A DNA stretch of 64,000 nt, from the NCBI GenBank assembly GCA_021613535.1, contig CP075495.1, positions 4,216,001 to 4,280,000 of the forward strand. The letters run 5' to 3'. Source of the stretch: Adineta vaga (lineage: Eukaryota; Animalia; Rotifera). The translations under genes and the position numbers were made by a program. Below, piece after piece: positions 1 through 13,760 of this stretch; the stretch's first letter is position 1; each line of letters begins with the position of its first letter. The notes beneath the pieces were generated by a model. The model was not told the DNA's origin, did no database searches, and worked only from the letters and a program-made list of their open reading frames with translations.

Positions 1-452
1 CGAAATTATCATCAACGGATCGACTTCAATTAGAGAAACGTGAATGTCAAGAAAGAGAACAAGAATTAAAGTAAATAATCTTTCTTAAAAGATTATAATT
101 CTAAATATGACTTCTATTTTAGAAAACAACGTCATTCATTAAATGGTGCAACATCATCTGTAAATGGTGATTCAGGCAATGCATCACAAGAAGAACATGA
201 AGATGAACAAGAACGTTATTTTGATAAAATTGAACGATTGAAACGAAAAGAAAATGAGGTAAAATCTGTCTTTTTTATTCTAATCATCGAATCCGTTTTT
301 TCTTCTTCTTGCATTTATAATAGAAAGCTCAAGCACCACTAGTTCGCCCAACAAAAAAATTGGATATGTCACAAAGATGGGAACAAATGTTAACGAATAA
401 AACTACTCAAAGTACAACTGGTGATGATCATAATGATGACGATGATGATTAA
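1..452 (+). CDS. 3' end of a spliced gene (5' truncated by window); charged C-terminus weakly resembling the AKAP2/MISP C-terminal domain
   Basis: Three exons (~1-70, 123-258, ~324-452) with GT..AG introns splice to ...LQLEKRECQEREQELKKQRHS...KKLDMSQRWEQML...DDDDD*. The family resemblance is only motif-level. Confidence 0.5.
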
Positions 453-1558
453 GCTAAATTATAACTTGGTTTTTTTCTCTTCATTTTTCTTTCTCTTCGA
501 TACATTTAAACATACGGGTGCTCTTGTTGAAGACAAACGCTCTTATAGTCATTCCATTGATTGCTTTGTTTGTTTGTTTGTTTTTTCTCTTCTTCTCTTA
601 GTTTGCAAGTTTGAAATCAGTTTTCTTTTGTTCTTCTTTTACTGTATATTTCTATTCGCTATTAAACTTGTAATCAACATCATAACATGCATATATATAT
701 ATATATATATTTACAGCAGAAAAAAAAATATTATTATGTTCGGAATTATGTGTTGTTCTTGTTGTATGGTATCGAATGTTTTTCTTTAGTACTCGATAAT
801 ATATTTTTTCGCTTTCATATGGCTTTGTTTTGCGAAATATTTTGTAGAAATTTAAAACATCAGACATATATATATAATGCCTACTTGTCAAATGAAGAGT
901 GAATAAATACATTATAATTAAACAGAGTTGAATGATTAGGGCTTCGTATACGACAATATTTATTTTTTTTGATCTTGTATCCTACGAATTTCCATCAAAA
1001 TGCCTTTTTTTAATATAAGTTGGTGCTAATTTTCAATCGAGTAACTACGACTATAATAATTTCTCTATTGAATATGATAATGCAGAAAAACTAATGGATA
1101 TATAAATATAACTCACATGAGAATCGTTGCTAGCCAAGTCTTGATTAAATACGTCAGATCATGATATTCATTTTTGAAGAAAAAACATTTCCTTTATACT
1201 ATTACTCAAGAAACTAAGGGCAAAGAACGAAGACAAACGATTTAAATCAATGTAGACTTACATAATTATTTCATCGTGATATTTCATGACTTTGAATGAA
1301 GTTCTTATGCTTAAAAAATAGACCGTTTTTTCATTATCTCGAATAGAACAATTAATAATCAAACGTAAGTTGAACAGCAGAGCAACATCTAACTATGACA
1401 TCATTCGCAGTGTTTGTCGAATATCTACAAATGTTATTTGTTCATGTCTCCGATAACAAATTGAACATCATCTTTGTTGTCTCTATTGTTCTACTTATAA
1501 TCAAACACATAAAAAACATCGCTGATACTCATTTCATTCATACTTCAATTCATATAAG

Positions 1559-2368
1559 ATGATGTTCATTGTAACTAATCTTCTAATATTATTTCTTGCC
1601 TTTCAAATCATCACTACTGATCGAGCTATTCGTCGTTTAACTTATAAACTCGATAGTGATATAACTGGATTTGTAGGTGATAATATAATTAATTATGATT
1701 TAACACGAATTGATTCCAGTAGTCCAATGTCAATACTTGAAATTGAAACTGAACAATGGGTACATGATTGCTGTTTTATGATTACTTCTCAACCTGTTCT
1801 TCGTATTCGTTTAAAACAAGATAATAATTATCCAAAAATTACTGCTTATTTACGTCTTCGTACACCACTTTCATCAATCATAATGACAGGTACAGGAACT
1901 ATTTCTACTACGAATGCCATACAATCGGATTCATTAATGATCGAAATATCAGGTACTTGTAAAGCACAATTGCAAGTAGAAATCACTTCGAAACTTGATG
2001 TTATTATTTCTGGTACGGGTCAAATAACTATGACTGGTAATGTCAAAGGTAATGGATACATTCGTTTGACTGGTATTGGTGAATTTGATGGTCGTGCATG
2101 TCCTATGGATACGGCCATTTTAGATGTTACTAGTGTTGGTACAGCATATATTGTTGGTAATCAAGCTGTTGATGTTGCTGTTGGAGGAGTAGGTCTTGTA
2201 TATTATCATGGACCATTAAGAAATCAACGTGTGAGTGGTCATGGATCAATTAATACATTGACGAATATTGATGGCAAATTATTACGATCATCAACTATAA
2301 CGATTAAAAAGTCGATGAGCTATTCTCTAATGATTTTTTTCTTGTATTTAGTGAATTTTCTATTGTAA
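1559..2368 (+). CDS. GIN-domain (DUF2807, autotransporter adhesin head-like beta-solenoid) protein with signal peptide and C-terminal hydrophobic tail
   Basis: Intronless 269-aa ORF with repeats of ISGTG-like motifs (MTGTGTI, ISGTCKA, ISGTGQI, LTGIGEF) ending in GVGLVYYHGP...VSGHGSI, typical of DUF2807. Both termini are hydrophobic. Confidence 0.75.
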   Translation: MMFIVTNLLILFLAFQIITTDRAIRRLTYKLDSDITGFVGDNIINYDLTRIDSSSPMSILEIETEQWVHDCCFMITSQPVLRIRLKQDNNYPKITAYLRLRTPLSSIIMTGTGTISTTNAIQSDSLMIEISGTCKAQLQVEITSKLDVIISGTGQITMTGNVKGNGYIRLTGIGEFDGRACPMDTAILDVTSVGTAYIVGNQAVDVAVGGVGLVYYHGPLRNQRVSGHGSINTLTNIDGKLLRSSTITIKKSMSYSLMIFFLYLVNFLL

Positions 2369-2583
2369 ATAATTCTAATAAAACTATGTAGATATTATGA
2401 TACATCTCTTAAATCTCTTTGTTTGTTCTCGCTTTTCTCTATTAGGTTGTGTATTTCATTTGAAAAATACGATCTTGCAACAAATGATAATCCATTTGTT
2501 CTATAATTATATTTCTTTCACGCACAACACACAAAACTCGAATATGTTTTAATCGACAAATTATTTATGAAACAAAACGTTTT

Positions 2584-4175
2584 TCAAGATTTTCTCCATC
2601 GACGAGTACGAGTTTTCGATCGATTGTTATCATAATTCTCATTTTTGGTATCAATAATCGATGATGAAAGATTTTCTAATCGACAAAAACCTAAATTATA
2701 CGATCGAAAAACGAATGTGAAGAATCTGATTAAAACATACGTGTAGAAAAACGTGTACTGTAATGCTTGGATTCATCAACGGTAGGAGACGGTGTTTGTT
2801 CTCGAATTGATATTTCATTTTCTAAATAGATCAAATGATTTCATTCTACTCATTATTTAAACAAAAAACTTGAATTTACTTTTTATTCTCTTATTTCTTT
2901 GTTTTTTGTTATTAGTTTCAATGATGTAGACGGATTTTCGTTTACGTAAATTGATCATTGCTGGTTTTATTTGACTATTCGTTGATGTGGATCGATTTCG
3001 TTTTCGACCTTTCGTTCGATTAATTGACTGAGATTCATTTGTCATGGCAGAACGTGTTCGTGGTCGACATATCGATTCCGAAGTAACGAATGGCTTTCTA
3101 TAGATAAAGCAGAAAAAAAAATAAGCAATCTAATTTTCAAAGAAGAATACAAAATAAAATTCCTACTGTGAATAATTCTTTGACTGAATATCAAAATGTT
3201 CAATATCATCTTCATTGAGATATTGAAGAAGAAATGTATGACTAATTCGTTGAAGTGTTATCATTGGTTCGATCGATTCTAATGTTTCGTCCAGTTGATC
3301 GAATGGTGAAGAATTTTTTCTAATTGATTGAGATTGTTCATCTTGAAGAATTGTTGGAGAAAAATTAAGTTGTGCTGGAAATTTTGGTTGAGAATATATC
3401 GGTGATACTGCTCGTTCATTCGAAGATAATTCTAAAGTCGATAGATCAATTGATTCTTCTGCTTTGATTTCATAAGTATCAAGAGAAGGAATTGTATGAT
3501 CAGATTTTTCTGGAGAGCAATGAATTTGTGGCCATTCTTGTTTTACTGATGGAAATAGATCATCATTCTAAAATAATAACAATGTCATTTTTAAAATCCA
3601 TAGAAAAAATATGACTTACAGATAATTCTAAATGATTCTCATCTCGATAAAAGTCTGGAAAATCATTAGAAGTGATTACAGAATAGATACCTTCCCAGTA
3701 TTCATTTTCTTCGTACAACACTTTTTCAATGATACTACATTGCTCTTTGATAACAGTACGTATTTTTTCCATACGCTAAAAATAAATTTCATTATTTTTT
3801 TCAAAAAATTATAAAAATAAAAAGGCATTTTTTACTTTATTGAAATGATTTGATAATGATTCTGAACCGATCTCAATAAAATGATCCAAACTTCGAAATT
3901 TTCTCTCACGTTTTGTTATATTCGCATGTATTTCAGCTATTGCTTTTTCTATATGTATATTCCGAAGAGAAATAGCTTTTAATTGTTTATTCAATTGTAC
4001 TAAATATGAAATATTTAGAAAAAAAACTGGTATATAATTTGTTTAATACAGTACCATTGATGCTAATATCAATCAGTCTTCGAGCTTGACGATATTTAAT
4101 ACGGTTAATATTGAAGCGAGTTTGATTCCATGTTATTGGTATATGAAATACTTTTTGACTAGTACGAGGAAACAT
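2584..4175 (-). CDS. Uncharacterised 7-exon protein: N-terminal coiled coil, S/P-rich middle, basic C-terminus
   Basis: Small minus-strand ORFs join in frame through canonical GT..AG introns, from MFPRTSQK to ...SKTRTRRWRKS*. Confidence 0.65.
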
Positions 4176-4668
4176 TTAAAAACAAAAGAAAATTTCTTCT
4201 TTTGTAGTGACAAAAACGCTTTCAATGGAACAAAGACTTCACTTTCTTCTCTAGATAAATTCCCATTCCATTTCACTCCCGTCAATCATTAGTTCGATAA
4301 CCAATAATTCGTTTTTGATAGATAGATGTCAGGCATTGTTTTCGATTTCGAGATACAGTACAATAGAGCAAGTCTATTTGATCGATTTATGATTGTCTTA
4401 GTCGTTGTTGTATTTTTAATCAGATTTCTTATGAAAAAAAGGCATTGAGTACAAAATCAATAAGAGTTCATGTTTATTATTTTTAAATATATGTCTATTG
4501 ATGACATAGTAGAAAGCGATAAAACGAATATTTTCGATGTTAGTTCTTTTCAAATAAGAGTATGAGGCACAGCTTGTACGGTGATAATGACATTAATTAT
4601 TTTGCATGAATATAATATCTGCGTCGCTTGGTAGAGATAACAAAGAATACACACAATAAATTTTATCA

Positions 4669-6453
4669 ATGACTGATATTAGTAAAAACGATGATCTTGA
4701 ACTTGAAGAACGAGTACTGATCCGTAAACTAGACTGGCATTTGCTTCCTATTTTTTCGTACGTGTTCTTTCGAGTTGTGAAAAAATTAACAGCAATTTAT
4801 GGTTTTTTTATGTAGTATTCTTTATTTACTGTCATATTTGAATGGAACAAATATTGGGAATGCAAAGTTAACTGGTCTTGAACAAGATGTTCATCTTACT
4901 TCGGAACAATACCAATGGTAAAACGATTATCTTACTTTTCTCGAATTCTTTCATGTTTCTAAATCATCTTTACTAGGTGTTTATCAATCTTTTTCCTTGG
5001 TTATTTCTTTTTTCAAATACCATCTAATATCATTCTTCGACGATGGCGACCATCGAATTGGATTTCTCTAATTGTGCTACTCTGGGGTAAATGAATATAA
5101 TTCAGTTCAAGTTTTTTTTTTGCAACATACAATCATCATTGTTGAACATAGTAACGAACTTGTCTTTTAATAGGAACAACTGCGGTGTGTATGGCAGCAG
5201 TATATAGTTTTGCTACTCTTTTACTGGCACGATTCTTACTTGGAACATTTCAATGTGGGTATTTTCCTGGTTTTATATATTATATATCATTATGGTATCG
5301 ACGAAAAGAACAAGCTATTCGACTCGGTTGTTTTTGGTCGTGTTCAGCACTTGCAGGAGCATTCAGTGGTCTGCTTGCTTATGCTATTACTCTAATAAAA
5401 TCATCTAACTTGTCACAATGGCAACTCATTTTCATCGTAATTTGTTTTCTTCAATCATCTTTCATTTGATTTCTGCTTATTTGTTCTAGATCGAAGGTAT
5501 TCCAACAGTGATTTTTGCATTTATTTGTTGGTTTTATCTACCTGATTCACCAGAACAAGCACGATTCTTAACGAATAAACAACGACAACTTCAACTTGAT
5601 CGTCTTATTCAAGATACGGGCATATCACAAGATCATTCATTTTCATGGTCACAAGTATTATCTGTCTTCACTGATTGGAAAACATATGCATACGCAACAA
5701 TCTATATCTGTGGTACAATTGTTTTGCAAGGTATCACATTATTATTACCTACATTAATACATGATATGGGTGAATGGGCACATATGGAAACACAATTGAT
5801 GACGATTCCACCGTATATGACTGCATTTATAACAATTCTTGTTGTATCACGTAGTTCTGATTAGTGAGTAATAATGAATTGTTTGATAAAATAGAGTTTT
5901 TCATAGAGAATCATGTTTAGTTTTGTGGAACGATCATTCCATCTAGTTTTTACCAATCTATTAGCAATAATCGGATTAACAATACTAATCTTTGTTGATC
6001 GTCAACATGCGTATTTACATTATATTGGCGTCATATTAGTTACATCTGGTGTTTACTCGCATGTTAGTGTAAAAGTAGCTTGGATTAATAACAATTTGTA
6101 AGTAGCATTGTGCATTTTATAGTGTTCCTTTTAAAATATGTCTTTTTAGTTCTTCGCTAACTCGACGTGCTGTTGCATTAGCATTCATCGTTTCAGTGGG
6201 TTCTATTGGTGGATTAATATCAGGACAAATTTATGATGAAAAACAAAAACCTCAATATTTAACTGGTCATACAATTGCACTAGCGTGTACTATTATTCAA
6301 GCCATATTAACAATTAGTCTTCGTATTATATTTATGTTTATTAATTATCGACGAGCAAGATTAAATGATGCGGAAATTGAAGACCAAATAGAATATTATG
6401 GTGGCAATGAATTAGTTGGTGATCATCACCCAGAATTCCGTTATACTTTATAA
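4669..6453 (+). CDS. MFS transporter, anion:cation symporter family (fungal Tna1/Dal5 allantoate-nicotinate permease-like), 7 exons
   Basis: Spliced product has LIRKLDWHLLP, NIGNAK, IPSN, RFLLG..GYFPG, WY..KEQAIR, IFIIEGIP, LPDSP..ARFL, and the C-terminal GDHHPEFRYTL characteristic of fungal ACS permeases. Confidence 0.9.
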
Positions 6454-9400
6454 AATATATATATATATATATATTCGAATGATTTATACTTCTATAGTAT
6501 ACTTATCGCTATAGAATACGAAATAATCGAGTGACAACTCAAATTATAATTAGTTTCGGATAAATCTTCAAGAAATGATAACAGACTTTTGACAATCAAG
6601 TTGTAATATTTACTCTTTCAAAGATATCGTATTTGATAACAGGGTGTTCGTCTGAACTAATTTTATTCTTTTTCTTTCTATTACAATCATACATGGTCCA
6701 GATAAATTTTCTATAACACGATGGATTCTGAAAACTTAAGCATAACACATTTCAAAACATAAGTAACTAACAAGGTGTTTTGAGAGCATGAAGAAGCAAA
6801 TAATACAAAAAACAAATAAGAAATTATTTTTATTATGATGTACAACAACAAAGAAATATGTGTGAAAATGGCATCAAACATACTTCTCAATTATCTTGAA
6901 TAAATCAGATTATCGAATCATTTAACTTTATATTCTTCGTTCGGCATTCCTCTTCCTAAAAAGCAATGTAAAAAGACATTAGAAATTATGTTTAATATAT
7001 GAATACTTCGAAAACATTTTTCTTGCCGTATGATTGGTAGAAATATTATTTTTTGTATATACAATATCAGCATCTATAGCATCTGATTCCGACCAAAAAG
7101 GATGGTGCCTTTCGTGAATAATAGTGTCATCATACTCAGTCACTTCAGTAGTGAAACAGAGATGAAAGAGTGATTAGTTTACGTAAGCTTGTCAGAAAAA
7201 ATAAGTATCTTGATTTTCGAACAACATAATACCAATCAAGAAGCGATATCATTTCAAAGAGAAAAACTATTAAACCTACTGTTAGGCTATAATAGAATAA
7301 AGAACTTAGCTGAAGAAAACTTTTCATGAATAGATAAGTATGTCGCCAGAAGATTAAAATCAACAGTTTCATATGCTATAGACTGTAACGCAAATTTATC
7401 GGACATCGATTTTGATGAATTACAATTACAAGAAATAAAACACATGATTGGTTCAAATTAAGTACACGTTTACAGATACACTTGTAGTTTAACTGAAATA
7501 AAGAATAATCATTTGTCATCGAATTCAGATACATGTCCGTTTTTACGCGACTTGAAAAGAAATATATTGTAGATCCAATCAATGATAATATTTGTTTTTA
7601 TAAGATCGACATAGCATACTACATCTGAACTTTAAAAAAGCACACATCAGACGAACCATAAATTTGTCATACACCCTCACAGTCAGAAATTGACGCAAAA
7701 TGATTCCATTACGCTTGTAATCCTGCTATGCGATTGAATTCTGATTATTATTCAAGTTTCAACAATAACAGCGACAAAAAATCGTTGCTTTTGTCATCCA
7801 TTCGATCTTTTCTGTAGATTACGGCATTATTGATGACATTTGATTAGATAATCCTTACGAGTAGACGATAGGTAATGTCTGTAAAGAAATTTTTGATTTA
7901 TTGAACAGTTTGGAAGAAGTTTTGTATAATAGTCAAAAACCAACTAATCGTACAGTGAAAACAATAATAGATAAATCAGATAAAAACCGTTAGTATTTAT
8001 ATAAAATGACTCGTTGTATACCAGCATGTTCGATGACGATTTCATTGGAGAGAAATAGACTAAGCATTCATATGTATGTCTATATATAGATTATAAATAT
8101 AAAGATTAACCAAAATGACGTCAGGAAAGACTGACACAATCTAGTCGGTTAGAAAAATTACTGATCAAAGCATAGATAGCTAAAATATATATTAAACATA
8201 ATTTCAGTCAATAACAAAGTCGAATGATACGATCCGTATATGGCCATTTATTGCGACATCAAAACGGACTGTATTCCTATTTATAACTCTATAGATTGTA
8301 CAATCTTGATGGAGTCACGTAATGTAGATGTTCATATAAAACTTTTGTTTAGTTTTGTTGAACATTTATTTTATCTAATCTTTACAAATATGATAGTCAT
8401 ACGTCGCGTCTTTCTCATAATGATATTTACTAATCAGTAGCATGTCAGTATTCCATACATATGTGTTATACTTATTACCTATGCGGTACATATGCAAATG
8501 TTGGTATCAAAATTATTTAGTATAACAATAATTATAAAAAAAACACTTCTTATCTCTGATACATATTTATAATCTTTTTGTTCATAAGTACTTCACTTAC
8601 TCGCCATGCAGTTGCATCCGCAATGATTGTTTCTGATGGAGTACTTTTTTGGAGTGAGACCTATGGTGAGATCTATCCAAAAATCATAAACCACGATATT
8701 TTCTTGGTAATTTGAATTGCATTTGGTTTTACGACCTTACAAAAAATATTAATGACGTCTCTTATTCATCTGATTGTTGGAGCAATCAGCATATCCGCGA
8801 ATAACTAAAACAATATGATGGCAATGAATCCGTTTAGAATTACAAAAAGTGATCGACTTTCGACAATTAAAATTTTTACTAGGGACATCTAGACGAACGA
8901 GTGTGAATTAGTCATTGACATTAACCAATTATTCGTGCGAATCATAAAAACTACCTATCGACAACGCCAACGCCAAGCAAAGCCAAAGATATTTCGACAG
9001 CTTCAGTTTTTATTTGGAATTTTCAAGTATCAGTTTCAATAATATGATTTTCTTTCAAAAGCTTTCTTTGTATGTGTATAAGATACGTTTGCTTTACACT
9101 TGTATAGGATTGCTACGAATATTTTATGCAAAATGCATAATATTATACAAAACTTCTGGTTCATATTTCGAAAGGAAGAATAGACATGTATTCTCCTAAT
9201 GAATAATTTGGATTGATTCTATATCTGATATTGATAGAAATCATATATTTTTTTCTTGTTTAAATTTGTTCTTTTTATATTTGAGTTGATACAGTTTTCC
9301 TTGACAAAGGTAATTATTCATGCATAACACTATTGAATTAGATGTAAAGCAATGTCAAATATCATCGATAAAGTATAAGATTTGATGCGTAGCATACGCA

Positions 9401-9482
9401 AATAACGCTCGGCTTTTGTTCAAACAGATTTCTTTTATATAAACTAAAATAATAATAAAATATATAGTTTGATCTTGTTTAG

Positions 9483-12400
9483 ATGAAAAATAATATCGAA
9501 CGACAGATTGCATCGAATTCAGATATGAATAATAATAGATTGCCGAATTCTAAGAAAACGAAATTGATGAAGACAAAGGATACGGTTCAATCATATATTG
9601 CTGGTCAGATAAAAGAACTTCATTTGCTCAATTTTATGTGCCATAAAAACTTTTCTATTCAATTTTATCCTACACACATGCAACTCGTTACTGGTTCCAA
9701 TGGATCAGGTAAAAAATTGAACAATATCGAATGACAAACTCTTCTCTGTGATTGACTATAATTTGTATCAGGAAAATCGACCATAGCAAATGCAATTTGT
9801 CTGTGTTTGGGGGCACAAGCAAGAACTACTGGACGAACTTCAAATGTTCAATCATTTATTAGAAAAGGAGAAACGTAAATAGAATACTATTATTTTTCAA
9901 TGAGAAAGGAAAAAGTATTCAAGTAAAATAGAGCATTTTGTTCTATATTCTTCGACCAAATATATTCTGAAGGATTGATTTAAAACATGAAGTTTTCGAA
10001 GAAATGATTACTTCTGAAACGGCTGTATTTTTCTTTGTAATTTAGATTAGCTCAAATAATGATTACTTTAGCAAATGAAGGACCAGAGGCATACAAACCA
10101 GAACTATATGGTAAAGAGATTCAAATCATTCGAAAAATTAGTTTACAACAATCTGGCTACACAATTCTTGGTAATTTTATTTCTATACTTTTTTCCTCTT
10201 CAACATCCCAGAAAATATTTAGATGCTAATCGCAGAATTATAAGTAGACGTAAAGACACTATAGATCAAATTATGCAAGCTCTATCCATATCTCCAGAGA
10301 ATCCGTTATGTGTATTACATCAAGATATAGCGAAAATATTTCTTATACATACTGATTCAAAGAAAAAATATCAAGTAGAATTTATTTGTGTTTGTCTTTC
10401 GTTCTATATCATATTCTTTATAGTTCTATATGAAAGTATCACAATTGGATCAGATCAAACAAGCATACGAACAAAGTATTTGTACTGTTCAACTATTAAC
10501 TCAACGTGTCAATGTAATGAAACAGGTTACAATGAAATGAATTCTTTTTATTTTATTGAAACCATTTCTTCTATAATAGAAACATTTTAATATGTTAAGG
10601 GATCTAGAACCATTAGAACAAGAAGTTAAAAAAATCGAACTTAGACGTGAGTATGAAGAAAAACGTTATGCATTAACCAATGAACTGAAATCAGCGCATG
10701 TTGTTCGAATACGACAGGTTTGTATTAATTAACTTATATCAGGTAGTGCTCAATTTTGATTTTAGGAGATAATCGAAATACAATATGCGTTAGATGAAAT
10801 AGAAACCAGTAAGAATGAGATTGATATAGAAATTATTCAACAAAAAGTAAATGAAGAAATGTGTTTCTAAAATAGACTTGCTTTCTACTGTTATTTTAGA
10901 AAGCAATTGATGGAATTAATCAAGTTATAAATGGTTATTTAACAGAAAAAAATGACTTAGAACAAGATATCGACGGTTTACGAGAACTAATGGCACATTT
11001 TTCCAAACAAAAATATAATTTTCAATGTTTAATTTATTCATTTGCACAAGAATGTGAGAAATATCGAAGCATATTAACAGAAGTTGAACTGAAACAAATA
11101 TATTTACGAAAACAAATTGTAAGTTCCTTGAAATTTTCATATTCTCTTTTCAAAATTATATATCTAACTAATATTTGTGAGAATCATATCAATTGATAAT
11201 AAGGATAAAGAGTTCTAGTACTGAACAATTTTCTAAGAAGATTATTGACTGAGGCCCAACATTTGTAAATCATCATATGTCAATTAAATTTTTTTCCAGC
11301 ATACAAATGAAGATCTAAATCATCCATCAGATGATATTGATGAACAGCGTTCACGAGTCGATCAAGAGTGCACAGATCAACAAGAGAAACAGATCGATTA
11401 CGAACAAACAATTATAGCATTAATCAATGATATAGATCAATATGATGACAAGATTCACGATCAACAATTAATAATATACTTTCTAGAAAATGAATTGCGA
11501 GAAAAACAACAAGATTTAAACGAATTAATTAAAATAACTCAAGATAAAATGAGTGTCTATGGTTCATGGATGTCCGATTGTTTGAAGAATATCGAACATG
11601 ATCAACGATTTCAGAAAAAACCTATTGGACCCATCGGTAAAACTATAGTTTCATTTTTGATTCTACGCAATTTTTCTTTCTTTTTTGTTCTGTTAGGTTG
11701 CTATATTCAATGCATCGATCCACATTGGGCATATGCTGTAGAAAAACATTTAGCACCGATTATGTCAGCATTTATTTGTGCTAATAGTAATGATGAACAA
11801 ATCTTGCTCGAAATCTTATCTTCATATACATCTGATTATCGTTCACCAATATATGTTCGAACATATTCAAATGAACTTCCTGATATATCTGGCACATTGG
11901 AACGTATTAGAGAAGCAAATCTGTTACCTATGTGTGATGTTTTGAAGATCGATCATCCAATTGTTGAATCTGTAGTAATTGATTTGAAACAGATTGAAGC
12001 AACAATACTATTAGAGAATTTAGAAGAAGTTATACGAGTTAAAGAAAGTGAAATATTAAATTGGGAAATCATTGACCGAAAAGTAAAACACGTAGTAGAA
12101 GCTTGGACATATGACGGAGCGAATATAAAACTCAATACAACATTTAGAATTTATACGAATGAAAAACAAACAATAAAATATTTGTCGATAAATAGTAATC
12201 AATCATTGTCAATTGAAGAATTCCGAAATGATATTCGTCATTTCCATGAACAAATTGAACAAGTGAATGAATGTATAAGTCAAATAAATATAGTTCGACA
12301 AAAAACTGTAGATAAACTGAATGAAGCAATGGTAGTCAGTGCAGATAATAGAAGAAAAATTAGTGAATTAAGAAAGGTAACTTAAATATAGAATTAGTTT

Positions 12401-13760
12401 TGCAAAGATATTGTACTGTCAAAAATATAAAGCAAGCACGTAGTTATTTTCTTTTTCTTAGCAACTTGATTGTCTCAATGCTAAAATGACGGCTATTCCT
12501 GATTATTCGCTCAACGCACTACGAGACAAAGCTCAACAATATGATGAAACTTATGCCGATACAATTCAGAAATACGATCAATCCAAAGAACAACATGATA
12601 AAAATCGCCAACATCTTGCTGACATTGTAGAAAACTGTGAAAATATAGCAAAAAAACTCGATGCAAAAATTCATCAACATAATGTAATCACGGAAAACCT
12701 TGAAATTGAACAGACTAGATGCAATGAATTGCAAAAACGTCTGAAAATACTAAAAAATAAATCTCGTCAGATGAATGGTAATATTCTTAAATATGAAAGT
12801 AAAATCAAACAATTAAATAAAAAACGATCCAAAGTAAATATTCATTCTCTTCGTTTCGATCTCATTCTATCATTATTTGTTAGAAATTGGAAGAATTTAA
12901 TGTTGTTATTCGATCAGTTCAAGAAATTCAGCAAGAATTCGATGCCATTACAAATTATCTTAAAGCAAACGAGGATACGTTCGTTTCATAAAGACACGAT
13001 TTCATATTGAGTTGTCAAGTTTTCTATGTTTTTAGTAATGAAGAACGTCGAGAAGTCATTAATCAATATCGAATAAAACGAGATGCGGCAAAACAGTACA
13101 AACAAACATACGAACGATGCTATCAACAAATTGAAGTGAGTATTAAAATATATCTTTTATGAAAATTTACTATTCCTTTCTCTTACAGTATTTAAAGCAA
13201 TTTATCCAAAAACGTCAAGATAGCTTTCTTACTATTGCTGATCGCCATGAATATTTTCTCAGAAATAAATTTCAAAAATTAATGGACAAGCATGATTTTG
13301 ATGATTGTGACATAAAAATCGATCATAAAAAAGAAGAATTAGAAATAACAGTATGAAAAGAGATATGAAGTTTTTCTTCGAATATAACGAGATATTCTGT
13401 TTCAGGTAAGAAAACATCAAAAACATCTAGCATCATTATCCGGTGGTGAGCGATCCATATCAACATTTTGTTTTCTATTAGCACTTTGGCAATCGATCTA
13501 TCAACCATTTCGATTACTGGATGAATTTGATATTTATATGGTAAATAGAGAAACAAAATTTCTTTTTTGTTGATCGAAATCAAGGTTTTTAGGACAGCGA
13601 AAAATTTCAGTCATCGCTCAATATCCTCTATGAAAATACTCTACAATATTCATCATCTCAACATATAGTATTTACACCTCAAGCAGTTGATTCACAGATG
13701 TGGAATAATTTGAGCGTGCCTGTTTTCAATATGCCAACACCAAAACATTCTTTAGAATAA
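9483..13760 (+). CDS. SMC6: Structural maintenance of chromosomes protein 6 (~16 exons, ~1060 aa)
   Basis: N-terminal [14 protein letters not shown]; Walker A GSNGSGKS split by an intron; [10 protein letters not shown]; Q-loop NPLCVLHQD; hinge KKPIGPIG; signature LSGGERS; Walker [13 protein letters not shown]. Confidence 0.92.

Noticed and set aside
421-912. Overlapping F/I/Y-rich ORFs
   Set aside because: Artefacts of T-rich 3' UTR and TA microsatellite sequence.
5855-5925. Apparent premature stop in the MFS gene (SRSSD*)
   Set aside because: TA|GTGAGT is an intron donor; splicing gives TAT (Tyr) and the frame continues.
6850-8860. Minus-strand fragments with coding-like stretches and splice-like sites (possible decayed membrane-protein gene)
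   Set aside because: Multiple stops, no recognisable family, and no consistent gene model could be built.
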